In this document: positions 54,010 to 64,000 of the stretch, piece after piece
Numbering within the stretch: the first letter of the stretch is position 1
Layout of the letters: each line of letters begins with the position of its first letter
Assembly: GCA_048498835.1 (NCBI GenBank)
Contig: JBEHXF010000004.1
Location: 1,307 to 65,306, forward strand
Length of the DNA: 64,000 bases
Source of the DNA: Chlamydiota bacterium
GTDB lineage: Bacteria; Chlamydiota; Chlamydiia; Chlamydiales; SM23-39
Direction: 5' to 3'
Program-made: the position numbers and the translations under genes
Notes under the pieces: generated by a model
What the model was told of the DNA's origin: nothing
Seen by the model: the letters and a program-made list of their open reading frames with translations, nothing else
The model's database searches: none

Positions 54010-57000
54010 TCAATCAGCGAAAGAGTATTGGAGGCGGAGTTTATCCGCTAAACCTTTCAACTTATCTTTAAAAGCCCCATCGACCTTAACGCCCCAGGCA
54101 GGATCGACTTGAACCAGCCCTACGCGGCGGCCAGCAGACTGAAATTGAAGCTCAATGGGCGACTTTCCGGGGTGCTCTCGAAATAGCTGTTTCAGCTCCA
54201 ATAGCTGACTGAGTCGGATCTGATCAGCGTCGACTTTAAAAATAACTTTTGAAATCACTTCTTTATCGGGCATCTTTTCTTTTGCCTTCTCTTTTGAAGC
54301 TTTCCATTTCTGATCAGCTCCTCTAGCTTGCGCCTTCAGCCGATCATAGACCTCATCACAAGCCTTAATCTTTGCCTCATCCACTGAAGCGAGCTCTTCC
54401 AGATACCGGCAAGAGAGGCTAATCGATCCTTCTCGTCTCTCGATTTGAAGAATAGCATAGAGGAGTTGATTCTCTTTTAACAGAGCTCCCTTCTCTTCAA
54501 AGAGATCAGCCCAGATCGGCAGTTCAAACCGATCGAGCCCATCGCTGATCGTCAAAATAGCGAATTTTCTCTGGTTTTTATTCGACACTTTAACCTGTGT
54601 TGTCTCGACGACAAAAGCGGCTCGAATGATCGAACCTTCCGGCAAAGTTTCAAATTCGCGCAAAGGTACGCACGAGAGACGGCCCAAAATATGTTTGTAA
54701 CTATCCATCGGGTGGCCCGTTAAATAGAAGCCGAGCAACTCTTTTTCCCGTTGCAGCAGCTCCATTTTTCCCGTCGGTTTTAATACGGGTGGTGGCGCCT
54801 GGAATGGTTTTTCTGTGGTTTCGATCAGAGAAAAGAGATTGAGAACGCCGAGTGAGGCCTCTTTTTGATCGCGCGACGCTTGATCGTACATCGCATCCAG
54901 ACTCTCGCGCATTGCGTCACGCGACCAACTGGTGAAGTCAAATCCGCCTGCATCGATCAAGAGTTCAATCGACTTTTTCCCAATTTTCGTCTTATCAGCT
55001 CTCTGGACGAATTCATATAAGGATGGGAAAAAGCCATTTCGTTTTCGCTCTTCGATGATCTCATCGACGACCGCTTGACCCACTCCTTTAATCCCCGACA
55101 TCGCAAATCGGATGCCGCCCTTCACAGCGGCAAATGCGCTCCCCGCTTGATTCACATCTGGAGGCAACATCTCAATGTGCATCGACCGAGCTTCGCGGAT
55201 AAATTTTGCAAGCTTCGAGGTATCGTCGCGATCGCAGGTCATGAGCGCGGCCATCCACTCTCTCGGGTAGTTGGCTTTGAAATAAGCCGTCGCGTAAGAG
55301 AGATAGGCATAAGCCGCCGCGTGCGATTTGTTGAAACCGTAAGAGGCGAACTTTTCAATTTTATCGAAGATCCGTCCTGCCGTATCGGAATCGATGTCTT
55401 TCTTTTGGCAACCAGTGAGGAATTTTTCCCGCTGCCGAGACATCTCTTCTTTATCTTTTTTACCCATCGCGCGGCGCAACACATCGCCCTCGCCAAGCGA
55501 GTAGCCGGCCAACATGCTGGCGATCTGCATCACCTGCTCTTGGTACACCATGACGCCGTAGGTTTCGGAGAGGATCTCTTTCAACAGCGGATGATCGATC
55601 TCAATTTCTTCTCGTCCATGTTTTCGGTTGCAGAACGAAGGGATCATGTCCATCGGACCGGGGCGATACAACGCGCCGACGGCGATGATCTCTTCAAATA
55701 CATCGATATGCAGCTGCTTGGCCAAATCCTGCATCCCGCCAGACTCGAGCTGGAACACGCCAAGCGTTTTTCCTTGATTGAGCAAATCGAAGGTCGCTTT
55801 ATCGTCGAGCGGCAAATTGACCCAATCGATCTTACGACCTGTGTTATGTTGCACTCCATCAGCGCAAGTCTGAATAGAAGTAAGCGTTTTCAAGCCCAAA
55901 AAGTCGATTTTCAGCATCCCTACGCTCTCGACCGGCTTCATCGCAAACTGGGTAACGACCATGCTCGAATCTTTCGCCGTGCAAACGGGCACATGATCTG
56001 TGATGGGCGCGCCTGAAATGATCATACCCGCCGCATGCGTGCTCGTATTGCGAATCGATCCTTCGGCCTTCTTCGCCATCTCCAAAACTTGGCGAGCCTC
56101 TTCATCACTCTCCATCAAGCGACCGAGCTCAGGATCGATCTGAAACGCCTTTTCCAATGTCATCGTTGGATCTTCAGGAACTAAAGCGGCAATCTCGTTC
56201 ACTTTCGATAGCGGCACGTTCAATACCCGGCCCACATCCTTAATCGCCATCTTCGCTTTCATCGTACCGAATGTGATGATCTGGGCGACTTTGTCTTTGC
56301 CATATTTGGCCACTACATAATCGATCACTTCAGGGCGTCGGTCCATGCAAATGTCAACGTCGATATCAGGATAGGAAACGCGCTCCGGATTGATGAACCT
56401 CTCAAAGAACAAATGGAATCGGAGTGGCTCGATATCGGTAATGCCGATTAAATAGGCGATGATCGATCCCGCAGCAGATCCCCGGCCAGGACCCATCGGA
56501 ATGCCGCGTGACTTAGCCCAGGCAATGAAGTCGTAAACAATGAGCATGTAATCAGACATCCCCTTGGATGTCAAAATTTGGATCTCATAGGTCAATCGAT
56601 CGCGCACGACTTGAAGCGGATCTTTTCCAGGATATACTTTTTGCACTTGAGCTAAGCTATCGGGAGTGTAGCGCTTTACGATTCCCTCTTCACAAAGCGT
56701 CTTCAAAAATTGCTCTGCGGCAACGACTCGCTCTTCATTCGTAAAACTCATTCCGTCTAACGTTGGCGGAACGAAGACAGGATAGTGTTTGGTCTTAAAA
56801 TCGAGCTCGCACTTGCACTGCTCTGCAATTCTGACCGACTCTTCCACCGCTTCAGGTACGTCAGCAAAGAGAGCTTTCATCGCCTCTGGCGATTTAAAGT
56901 AGAGTTCATGGGTAGGGTAGGTATCGCGCTTTGGATTGGGCGTTTTATTTTTTAGATTGCCTCTTGAATCTCGCTCCCAAATTTCACACGGCTCACCCGA

Positions 57001-57744
57001 TTGAATATTGAGCAAAATTTCATGAGCACGCCAGTCATCGGGTTCGATGTAATGAATATCGTTTGTTGCGACACACCGAATTCCGGTCGTCTTGCTCAGC
57101 TCGATCAGTTTCGCGTTCACCTTCTCTTGCGCAGCTACGTGTTCGCGATAATTCTGCAAAAGCCAACTCTCTTTATCCATCCCCTGTTCACGGATTTTCT
57201 CTTCATCCATGATATGGCGCTGCAGCTCAAAATAGAAATCGACTCCAAAAACTCCTTGAAACCACTCGATTTCCTTTTTCAGAGCCTCTTCATCGCCCTG
57301 CAAAATCAATCCGCCGAGCCGTCCAGAAATCGGACCGCTCAAGCAAATCAGCCCTTCTCGATGCTGCGCAAGCAATTCCTTATCAATTCTCGGCTGATAA
57401 TAAAAACCTTCGAGAAAACCCAATGATGAGAGCTTGCAGAGATTTTGATACCCTTTTTTATCTTTAGCGAGCAGAACAACGGGATAGCCGTTTTGAGAAC
57501 CAGGGATTCGCTTTTTCTCCAATCGAGAACCTGGCGCAAGCCAAATCTCACAGCCTAAAATCGGTTTCACCCCCGCCGCTTTACAAGCCTTATAAAAATC
57601 AACGGCGCCATACAAATTTCCCTGATCGGTCAGGGCAAGCGAACCGATGCCAAGCGATTTTGCTTTTTCAGCCAGCGCAGTGACCGATGCAGTGGAATCG
57701 AGAATAGAAAATTGCGAATGGACGTTTAAGGGAACCCAGCTCAT
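54010..57744 (-). CDS. dnaE: DNA polymerase III alpha subunit
   Basis: 1244 aa. PHP domain MSWVPLNVHSQFSILDS. Polymerase core GRGSAAGSIIAYLIGITDIEPL, PDIDVDI, FNKSHAAAYA. Confidence 0.97.
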   Translation of the reverse strand: MSWVPLNVHSQFSILDSTASVTALAEKAKSLGIGSLALTDQGNLYGAVDFYKACKAAGVKPILGCEIWLAPGSRLEKKRIPGSQNGYPVVLLAKDKKGYQNLCKLSSLGFLEGFYYQPRIDKELLAQHREGLICLSGPISGRLGGLILQGDEEALKKEIEWFQGVFGVDFYFELQRHIMDEEKIREQGMDKESWLLQNYREHVAAQEKVNAKLIELSKTTGIRCVATNDIHYIEPDDWRAHEILLNIQSGEPCEIWERDSRGNLKNKTPNPKRDTYPTHELYFKSPEAMKALFADVPEAVEESVRIAEQCKCELDFKTKHYPVFVPPTLDGMSFTNEERVVAAEQFLKTLCEEGIVKRYTPDSLAQVQKVYPGKDPLQVVRDRLTYEIQILTSKGMSDYMLIVYDFIAWAKSRGIPMGPGRGSAAGSIIAYLIGITDIEPLRFHLFFERFINPERVSYPDIDVDICMDRRPEVIDYVVAKYGKDKVAQIITFGTMKAKMAIKDVGRVLNVPLSKVNEIAALVPEDPTMTLEKAFQIDPELGRLMESDEEARQVLEMAKKAEGSIRNTSTHAAGMIISGAPITDHVPVCTAKDSSMVVTQFAMKPVESVGMLKIDFLGLKTLTSIQTCADGVQHNTGRKIDWVNLPLDDKATFDLLNQGKTLGVFQLESGGMQDLAKQLHIDVFEEIIAVGALYRPGPMDMIPSFCNRKHGREEIEIDHPLLKEILSETYGVMVYQEQVMQIASMLAGYSLGEGDVLRRAMGKKDKEEMSRQREKFLTGCQKKDIDSDTAGRIFDKIEKFASYGFNKSHAAAYAYLSYATAYFKANYPREWMAALMTCDRDDTSKLAKFIREARSMHIEMLPPDVNQAGSAFAAVKGGIRFAMSGIKGVGQAVVDEIIEERKRNGFFPSLYEFVQRADKTKIGKKSIELLIDAGGFDFTSWSRDAMRESLDAMYDQASRDQKEASLGVLNLFSLIETTEKPFQAPPPVLKPTGKMELLQREKELLGFYLTGHPMDSYKHILGRLSCVPLREFETLPEGSIIRAAFVVETTQVKVSNKNQRKFAILTISDGLDRFELPIWADLFEEKGALLKENQLLYAILQIERREGSISLSCRYLEELASVDEAKIKACDEVYDRLKAQARGADQKWKASKEKAKEKMPDKEVISKVIFKVDADQIRLSQLLELKQLFREHPGKSPIELQFQSAGRRVGLVQVDPAWGVKVDGAFKDKLKGLADKLRLQYSFAD

Positions 57745-57826
57745 AACAGCAGATTATAGATCTCTTTCGATTTTTTACAGAGAAAGAAATAGCAACTAGC
57801 CATCTATCGAAGACGGATAAAATAGA

Positions 57827-58318
57827 CTATTTTTCTGCTCTATTCGGGAAAAATTGGCTGATATCTTTTTCCATGAGAAACAATAATGCTTTTTGCTCCT
57901 CTCTGAGCGCCTTATATTTCTCCGAATCTTTCGCCGGCGCAAAAGTAACTCTTCTAACTAGGGGATAAGTGATGGTAGCTCCATCTCGAACAATCCTTTT
58001 CTCCATTTGAGGATCCTGCAAATAGATCACAGAAGTTAATGGCGGATTGACAACATTCAGATATTCTCGACTGCCTACGTCTACTTTCTTCGCCAAATCC
58101 ATAAAATATTTGGTGCGCAGAGCTTGCTCATCCTTGGAAAGCACCGAAAAAGACTCAAATTGAGAATCTACCTCCGCTGTCTCATCTGGATACAGATAGA
58201 TCTGAGCCCTACCCATCTGGTCTACACCCTGACCTACCCGCCCTTCCCACTTGCCATAATACGAAATAGCGCAGGGGGGATTTTTTGGATTACAAGTAAG
58301 TTCCATATTAAAAGACAT
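57827..58318 (-). CDS. hypothetical protein
   Basis: 163 aa with an ATG start. No signal peptide or motif recognised. It sits between uhpC and dnaE. Confidence 0.5.
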   Translation of the reverse strand: MSFNMELTCNPKNPPCAISYYGKWEGRVGQGVDQMGRAQIYLYPDETAEVDSQFESFSVLSKDEQALRTKYFMDLAKKVDVGSREYLNVVNPPLTSVIYLQDPQMEKRIVRDGATITYPLVRRVTFAPAKDSEKYKALREEQKALLFLMEKDISQFFPNRAEK

Positions 58319-58388
58319 AATCGAACCCCGTTTGAAGTGAGAAAAAAAAATAACTGAAATCAGCTATTTCATCTAGAAAAAGAAGCGC

Positions 58389-59750
58389 TTAACCCCGACT
58401 AGGCGCAGGCTCTGGTTTCGGCGATTTCTTTGGGTTGCTCTTCACCGACCAAAGAGGCAGGAGCAGTAGCGAAGCTAAGAGCGCGCAAATCGAAAGAGTC
58501 AAAAGATACGAATCCCAGCCCCAATTTTTAGTGATGGCACCGAGAGGAGCACCTGCTGCCGCAGCGCCAAGGTAGGCGAAGCAACCGGCAAAACCAGTGG
58601 CTGTTGCTGCTGCTTTTTTATGGGAGAGCTCAGCGGCGGAAATGCCAATCAACATCTGCGGTCCGAAGATGAAAAATCCAAAAAGAAATAAGAACGTGGC
58701 ATCGAGGATAGGACTTGGCTGGGTGAAGGCTCTAAAACCGACGATCAGCAATAAAATGGCTGCTGAAAAGATAACGTTCACCGCATTTCTCTTTCCCTTA
58801 AAGAGTACATCGGAAGCCCACCCGGCAGCAAGGCTACCACAAAAACCGCCCACTTCAAAAAAGCAGGCGCAACTACCTGCGATTAAATGGGAATAACCCT
58901 TTACCTCAACCAAGTAGAGCATGCTCCAATCATTGACTGCTGTACGGATCACATAGACGAAAAAGTAGGCAATGGCCAAGACCCAAATAAATTTATTTCG
59001 AAGAACGTGCTCGAAGAGAATTTCTTTTGTCGAAAGCTCTACTTTTTCCGGCTCTCTTGATTCACGAGTTGGATAATCATTGCGGAACTTTTCGATTGTT
59101 GGGAGTCCAAGTGATTGAGGCGTATCGCGAAGGCGATTCATCAGGAAAAAACCAGCGCCAATGCAAAGCACTCCAGGAACGAACATGGAGAACCGCCAGC
59201 CGAATAGTTCGGCGCAGCAAGCGACGAGGATCGGAATCAACGCCCCACCCAAGTTATGGCTCGTATTCCAAATACTCCACCATCGTCCTCTTTCCGATTG
59301 AGAATACCAGTGGGTCAATAGCTTAGCACATCCCGGCCAACCCCAACCTTGAAACCACCCATTCAATCCCCAAAGAAGAGCAAATGCCCAAAGCATGGAG
59401 GAAAAGCTAAATAAAATATTGAAAATGCCCGTCAAAATCAGGCCAATCGACATGAAATAGCGAGGATTCGATTTATCGCCTAAGATTCCGCTTAAAAACT
59501 TACTCGCGCCATACGAGAGACTTAAAATACTAGCTACAAGGCCTAGCTCGAATTTCCCCAATCCCAACTCTTCTTGCAGAGCAGGCATGGCAAAGGTGAA
59601 GCTCTTACGGGTGAAATAATAGAAGGCGTAGCCAATATACATGGCATAAAAGGTCCTGAGGCGCCAATAACGGTAATTTTTCTTTACCAAATTGGGGTCC
59701 TGGATCTCCTCCACATAAGGAGCTGGTCTCAAGAAATCAAGCACGCTCAC
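58389..59750 (-). CDS. uhpC: MFS sugar-phosphate/phosphate antiporter (UhpC/GlpT family)
   Basis: 453 aa with 12 TM helices. YRYWRLRTFYAMYIGYAFYYFTRKSF, GILGDKSNPRYFM and RGRWWSIWNTSHNLGG are the organophosphate:Pi antiporter signatures. Confidence 0.88.
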   Translation of the reverse strand: MSVLDFLRPAPYVEEIQDPNLVKKNYRYWRLRTFYAMYIGYAFYYFTRKSFTFAMPALQEELGLGKFELGLVASILSLSYGASKFLSGILGDKSNPRYFMSIGLILTGIFNILFSFSSMLWAFALLWGLNGWFQGWGWPGCAKLLTHWYSQSERGRWWSIWNTSHNLGGALIPILVACCAELFGWRFSMFVPGVLCIGAGFFLMNRLRDTPQSLGLPTIEKFRNDYPTRESREPEKVELSTKEILFEHVLRNKFIWVLAIAYFFVYVIRTAVNDWSMLYLVEVKGYSHLIAGSCACFFEVGGFCGSLAAGWASDVLFKGKRNAVNVIFSAAILLLIVGFRAFTQPSPILDATFLFLFGFFIFGPQMLIGISAAELSHKKAAATATGFAGCFAYLGAAAAGAPLGAITKNWGWDSYLLTLSICALLASLLLLPLWSVKSNPKKSPKPEPAPSRG

Positions 59751-59868
59751 ACTTCACTCTGGTTTACCCTCTAGAAACGGAGCTAGCCTACTCGAGCCCC
59801 CCGCATCTGTCAACTTCTTTTGTCGTTTTTCTCGCCAACTAAAATAATCTATATTATAGGTAAAAAAT

Positions 59869-60486
59869 ATGAGTTCCATCAACAACCCGATCAATAATAA
59901 GCCAAGAGATCCCTACGAAGGCTATAAAGTCGAAGCAATCGAAGAAGAAAAACGGACAAAGGAAGAGCTCGAACGGAAACAAAAAGAAAAAGATGTCCAT
60001 AAGCCTCAGGTTGTTGGCGCTTACCTTCTCCTCCTCATGCGCCGTTTTCTCCAGCTCTTTTCTGACAAAACAGAGCGAGGCGTCTCTTCCGACACGGAAA
60101 AAGAAGTTCGAGGCAATCTTTTACTCTTAAAAGCAGCTTTAGAAATTTTAAAAGCAGAAGATAGAAGCCAAGACGTCGCCTTTCTCAATCGCCTCTCTGA
60201 GCTCTGGCATCAAGCACTCGAAGACAGCAACCGCTTCCGCCGCAATAGCCCTTTTTCGATCGCCTTCCGCACGTTTCTGCGCGATTTGCAACATTACCCT
60301 CCGGAACAGGAACACACTCTCGGCTACTATCTCATCGAATATGCGGGACAAAAATGGCTTCCCTTTCCTTATATGGAGCTCATCGCCACCTTACACCGCG
60401 AATATGAACTCGATCCTGAAAGTTCACCTCTCCTCCGTTGGACGACTCTTCTCGATGAACTCACAGAGATTCTCAGTCAAGACTAG
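59869..60486 (+). CDS. hypothetical protein
   Basis: 205 aa. Charged N-terminus, then a helical region. No motif recognised. Confidence 0.5.
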   Translation: MSSINNPINNKPRDPYEGYKVEAIEEEKRTKEELERKQKEKDVHKPQVVGAYLLLLMRRFLQLFSDKTERGVSSDTEKEVRGNLLLLKAALEILKAEDRSQDVAFLNRLSELWHQALEDSNRFRRNSPFSIAFRTFLRDLQHYPPEQEHTLGYYLIEYAGQKWLPFPYMELIATLHREYELDPESSPLLRWTTLLDELTEILSQD

Positions 60487-60519
60487 TCTAGAACTCGCCT
60501 TCCCGCTATTCTATCCTAC

Positions 60520-61827
60520 ATGAAAGTACAACTTCCCAAAGGGACCTTCGATATTCTCCCCTACGGCGCAGATGAACCGTGGCGCCTATCCGATTTATGG
60601 CAGCATGTTGAACGGGTGATCCGCCAGACTGCAGCTGAGTACGGTTATCGAGAAATTAGAACCCCTATTTATGAACGAACGGAGCTCTTCGACCGAGGCG
60701 TCGGTGAAACTACCGACATCGTTTCGAAAGAGATGTTCACCTTTGAAGACCGCGGTGGCAGATCGGTCTCTCTCCGACCTGAAGGAACTGCGGCTGTCGT
60801 TCGAGCGTTCGTAGAAAATAATCTCCCCGCTGTTGCTCAGGTCCATAAATTTTTCTACATCGGCCCTATGTTCCGCTATGAGCGCCCTCAGTCTGGCCGT
60901 TACCGCCAACACCACCAATTTGGCGTAGAAGCTTACGGCGTAGCAGGTCCTGAACAAGATGCAGAAGTCATCGATCTTCTCCTCCAAGTTTATAAGCGAC
61001 TCGGACTAAAAAATCTGAAAGTCCATGTCAATACCGTAGGCGATCTCGAATCACGCGCCAATTATCGCAAAGCGTTAATGGATTATCTCCGTCCTCACTT
61101 AGAGCAACTCTCCGATGATAGTAAGGCCCGTTTTGAAAAAAATCCGCTCCGCATCCTTGACTCCAAAGACCCAAAAGATAAAGAGCTCGTCAAACAAGCG
61201 CCCTCTATTCTCCATTACCTAAGCCCCACTTCAAAAGAGCACTTCCAAAAACTCTGCCATCTCCTCGATCAGATCCAAGTACCTTACGTGATCGATGATC
61301 GAATTGTTCGTGGACTCGATTACTATTGCAACACCGTCTTTGAAGTATTGACCGACGCTCTCGGCGCTCAAAATACGGTGGGAGCTGGCGGCCGCTATGA
61401 TGGCCTCATCGGTCAATTCGATGGCCCCGACCTCCCAGGTGTCGGCTTTGCCACCGGCTTAGAGCGCGTATTACAAGTAATGATGGCGCAAGGTTGCTCT
61501 TCTGAGCCCTCCACTCGACCTCTTATTTACTTCATCCCTCTCGGAGAAGAAGCTCGCGAAAAATGCTTCAACCTCACCGCAGTCTGCCGCCACAACCACA
61601 TTCCGGCTGATTTGGAACTACAAGCTAAGAAAATGCCCGCCGCTATTCAGAACGCAATCCGGCTGGAAGCGCAGTTCGCCTGCATCATTGGATCAGATGA
61701 ACTACAAAAAGGGCAAATCAAACTCAAGGAACTCGCAACTCGGAAAGAGACCGAAGTTTCCCTCACTAATCTGATTGCTTTACTGAAAGATCTCTATGCG
61801 ACACGCTCTCATCCTCATCCTTCTTAG
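60520..61827 (+). CDS. hisS: histidine--tRNA ligase
   Basis: 435 aa. PKGTFDILP, LRPEGTAAVVRA, YIGPMFRYERPQSGRYRQHHQFGVE, GGGRYDGL. Confidence 0.96.
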   Translation: MKVQLPKGTFDILPYGADEPWRLSDLWQHVERVIRQTAAEYGYREIRTPIYERTELFDRGVGETTDIVSKEMFTFEDRGGRSVSLRPEGTAAVVRAFVENNLPAVAQVHKFFYIGPMFRYERPQSGRYRQHHQFGVEAYGVAGPEQDAEVIDLLLQVYKRLGLKNLKVHVNTVGDLESRANYRKALMDYLRPHLEQLSDDSKARFEKNPLRILDSKDPKDKELVKQAPSILHYLSPTSKEHFQKLCHLLDQIQVPYVIDDRIVRGLDYYCNTVFEVLTDALGAQNTVGAGGRYDGLIGQFDGPDLPGVGFATGLERVLQVMMAQGCSSEPSTRPLIYFIPLGEEAREKCFNLTAVCRHNHIPADLELQAKKMPAAIQNAIRLEAQFACIIGSDELQKGQIKLKELATRKETEVSLTNLIALLKDLYATRSHPHPS

Positions 61828-62485
61828 TGCTCCCCTTTTAGCCGACGAAAAAGAAGACGTCGCCAAACTCTCTGAAGCGCTCGGACATCTCATCGGCAAA
61901 AATATCGAACAGCTCAATCTGCCGCTCGATCTCAACGCTCTCGCTAAAGGCATGCAAGATGAAGCCGCAGGCAAACAGTCCCCTCTAAATGCCGAAACCT
62001 GCGCAGAGCAAATCGCAGCATTACAAGAAAAACAAAAACAAACCCAATCGCGAAAAAATCTCGATGCAGCAATCGCGTTTTTAGAAAACAATAAAAACCT
62101 CAGCGCCATCCATCAAAAATTAGATGGTAAGCTCCAATACAAAATCGAACGAGAAGGGAGCGGCGCTGAAGTGCAGTCTTACCACTCGCCCATTGTCCGA
62201 TTCAAAGCACGCTATCTCAATGGAAAAACTTTCGGCGATTCGCTCGGTGAAACTCCAATTACTCTTTCAGAAGCCATTCCTGGATTTCGCCAAGGTCTTC
62301 TCGGTATGAAAGAGGGCGAAATTCGGACGCTCTATGTTCATCCAGAACTCGGCTATGGAGAACAGGGACAACTAGAGCCCAACGCCCTACTCATTTTCGA
62401 AGTGGAAGTCATTCGCGCGGATGGAACAACGAATTCTGAAACCGTCACTCCTCTTGATTTGCTCGATACGCCTCCCATCCGATGA
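61796..62485 (+). CDS. mip: FKBP-type peptidyl-prolyl isomerase, Mip-like
   Basis: 229 aa. Signal peptide MRHALILILLSAPLLA. The FKBP domain shows RFKARYLNGKTFGDS, PGFRQGLLGMKEGEIRTLYVHPELGYGE and LIFEVEVI. Confidence 0.88.
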   Translation: MRHALILILLSAPLLADEKEDVAKLSEALGHLIGKNIEQLNLPLDLNALAKGMQDEAAGKQSPLNAETCAEQIAALQEKQKQTQSRKNLDAAIAFLENNKNLSAIHQKLDGKLQYKIEREGSGAEVQSYHSPIVRFKARYLNGKTFGDSLGETPITLSEAIPGFRQGLLGMKEGEIRTLYVHPELGYGEQGQLEPNALLIFEVEVIRADGTTNSETVTPLDLLDTPPIR

Positions 62486-62940
62486 AAATCATTCTCTACA
62501 GCCCTCAAATCCCCCAAAACACGGGAAATATCGCCCGCACCTGCGCTGCGACCAAAACAGAACTTATCCTCGTTCGCCCTCTCGGCTTTAGCACGTCAAG
62601 TCGGCAAATGAAACGAGCAGGTCTCGACTACTGGGATCGCGTCCCTCTTCTCATCATCGACGATCTCCAAACTTACCTAGCAGAAACCACCCACCCCTTC
62701 TTTTTCTTCTCGAGCAAAGGCACACAAAGTTATACAACGCCCACTTACACACCCGATTCCATTCTCATCTTTGGATCAGAAACAGAAGGGCTTCCTCCCT
62801 TCTTCTGGGAACACTACCCCGACCGTTTCGTGCGTATTCCCATGTCGCCAACCGAGCGGTGCCTCAATCTCGCTTCTAGCGCCGCCATCGGTCTCTACGA
62901 AGCCCTCCGCCAAACCAACTTCACCAATCTTTCTCTCTAA
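62482..62940 (+). CDS. trmL: tRNA (cytidine/uridine-2'-O)-methyltransferase, SpoU/TrmL class
   Basis: 152 aa. IILYSPQIPQNTGNIARTCAAT, ILIFGSETEGLP, IPM...RCLNLASSAAIGLYEA. Confidence 0.88.
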   Translation: MKIILYSPQIPQNTGNIARTCAATKTELILVRPLGFSTSSRQMKRAGLDYWDRVPLLIIDDLQTYLAETTHPFFFFSSKGTQSYTTPTYTPDSILIFGSETEGLPPFFWEHYPDRFVRIPMSPTERCLNLASSAAIGLYEALRQTNFTNLSL

Positions 62941-63015
62941 TCTTCAGAGAAAAGAGGGAACTTCTTTTCCTCGCGAAGCGGCCGTGCCCGCGCCCGAAAG
63001 GACAGCTAGCAATGA

Positions 63016-63237
63016 TTATTTCCTAAAAAGCAAAGAATCTAAAATAGAAAGAACCGCGCTGAAAAGCAGTGCAGTCGTAAAGGGAAGAAAGATCGTCGCC
63101 TTTCCTTTTGTGAGAATGAGATCACCGGGAAGATGTCCAATCCAGGTCGAGAAGCCGGGCACCTCGACCTGAAAATGGAGAACCAATCCTGTCGCAATAA
63201 CGAAAAAAATCGCCATTGAGATAAGACGGCCTAACAT
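63016..63237 (-). CDS. DUF2905-like small membrane protein
   Basis: 73 aa. GHLPGDLILTKGKATIFLPFTTALLFSAVLSI matches the DUF2905 pattern (LPGD...FP) as I recall it. Its start codon abuts the trxA stop. Confidence 0.6.
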   Translation of the reverse strand: MLGRLISMAIFFVIATGLVLHFQVEVPGFSTWIGHLPGDLILTKGKATIFLPFTTALLFSAVLSILDSLLFRK

Positions 63238-63563
63238 TACGCTGCCGAAGTAATAAATTCTTTGATTGCATCGGCATTGCGAAGACCGATCAAGCGGTTG
63301 ACCTCTTTTCCGTTTTTAAACAGAATCATGGTCGGCACTGAAGTAATCTGATATTGAGAAGCAATCCGCTGCTCCGTATCAATATCAATCTTGCCAATCG
63401 AACCTTTACCCTTGATTTCACGAGCTACATCTTCCAAAACAGGAGCAAGCATACGGCAAGGTCCACACCAGTTTGCATGGAAATCGACCAGAGTGATCCC
63501 TTTTTCAATTTCTTTTTCGAAATTTTCATCGGTCAAATGTTTGATATTTCCTTTGTCGGACAT
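63237..63563 (-). CDS. trxA: thioredoxin
   Basis: 108 aa. VDFHANWCGPCRMLAPV (WCGPC active site). Confidence 0.96.
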   Translation of the reverse strand: MSDKGNIKHLTDENFEKEIEKGITLVDFHANWCGPCRMLAPVLEDVAREIKGKGSIGKIDIDTEQRIASQYQITSVPTMILFKNGKEVNRLIGLRNADAIKEFITSAA

Positions 63564-63676
63564 AACTTATTCTCCTTGTCGTTTTGGTCTTAGTTTAGAC
63601 CGAAGCTGCTTTTTTCTCAAAATTCCTGAAAGGATGGCATAAAATCGACCTCTCCTTTAAAATACCTTTTCTATTT

Positions 63677-63760
63677 GCGGTCATGGCGGAACTGGCAGAC
63701 GCGCTAGATTCAGGTTCTAGTCGAGGCAACTCGGTGGATGTTCGACTCATCTTGGCCGCA
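63677..63760 (+). tRNA. tRNA-Leu (anticodon CAG), type II, no encoded CCA
   Basis: GCGGTCA-TG-GCGGAACTGGCAGACGCG-CTAGA-TTCAGGT-TCTAG-TCGAGGCAACTCGGT-GGATG-TTCGACT-CATCT-TGGCCGC-A. Hand-folded: 7-bp acceptor with one G-U, and a long variable arm. Confidence 0.88.
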
Positions 63761-63779
63761 TTAGATTTTAAAAACAAAA

Positions 63780-64000
63780 TTAGGGAGGAGTCCCCTTCGC
63801 CCCAGCCTCCATCCAAGCTTTGAGCGCCCGAAGAGATTCTCCCATTCGCTCAATGATCCGTTTTTCAGCTTCCTTTTTATCAAGGCCTTCAAATTGTTCC
63901 CAATCAATGGGAGAACCAAAGACGCAGCGAATGCGCCCAAACGGTTTAGGCAAAGTCCGGCTTCGAGGCCAGGCTTCAAACGTCCCTTGAATATACACCG
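63780..64000 (-). CDS. C-terminal part of a probable lysophospholipid (PlsC-family) acyltransferase; continues past the window end
   Basis: The open frame runs to nt 64000. ...IQGTFEAWPRSRTLPKPFGRIRCVFGSPID resembles the region after motif IV of 1-acyl-G3P acyltransferases. Weak. Confidence 0.35.
   Translation of the reverse strand, partial: VYIQGTFEAWPRSRTLPKPFGRIRCVFGSPIDWEQFEGLDKKEAEKRIIERMGESLRALKAWMEAGAKGTPP

Noticed and set aside
55075-56016. 313-aa plus-strand ORF inside dnaE.
   Set aside because: It is antisense to the DnaE polymerase core. The sequence is Arg/His-rich and featureless, so it is a shadow ORF.
61796-61827. 32-nt overlap of the hisS 3' end with the mip start, considered as a possible frameshift or fusion.
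   Set aside because: Both proteins are complete in their own frames. Mip begins with an intact signal peptide and HisS has all class II motifs. A simple overlap is sufficient.

Overview
This 64-kb chromosomal window comes from a member of the Chlamydiae, probably an environmental or amoeba-associated lineage. GC looks about 45-50% by eye; I did not compute it. As I recall Chlamydia trachomatis gene order, the backbone matches two blocks. Block one is hyp-gap-rplQ-rpoA-rpsK-rpsM-secY-(18 r-protein genes)-rplC-[Cap1/CT529 position]-fmt-lpxA-fabZ-lpxC-lnt at 23.6-45 kb. Block two is dacC-hyp-rsbW-lptE-like-bamD-like-dnaE-hyp-uhpC-hisS-mip-trmL-trxA at 50.3-63.6 kb. The first 23 kb and several gaps in the backbone carry accessory, envelope or secreted functions, listed below.

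- **GxxExxY cassette:** an AT-rich PD-(D/E)XK gene sits between perfect 35-bp inverted repeats made of phased CACCGAG heptads (1059-1558). A cargo-less copy of the same architecture, using CACAGAG heptads, lies at 14571-14688.
- **PI synthase:** a CDP-alcohol phosphatidyltransferase of eukaryotic type.
- **Envelope and secreted genes:** an inverse autotransporter, then an OprB-type porin, a signal-peptide formamidase and a small secreted protein. A 7-repeat propeller/FN3 protein sits next to a small outer-membrane barrel.
- **tRNA-Leu islet:** a 3.3-kb AT-richer segment carries only a classical autotransporter. It is bounded by tRNA-Leu(UAA) and a 55-nt copy of that tRNA's 3' half.
- **Inc-like pair:** two paralogous proteins with bilobed hydrophobic domains flank an SLBB-domain gene at the Cap1-syntenic site.
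- **XRE/Fic islet:** an XRE/Fic ('mobile mystery protein A/B'-like) pair and an orphan gene are separated by three palindromic operators spaced exactly 33 bp apart.

I saw no CRISPR array, rRNA gene, integrase or transposase. All calls rest on reading the supplied translations and the DNA by eye. No database search was run.
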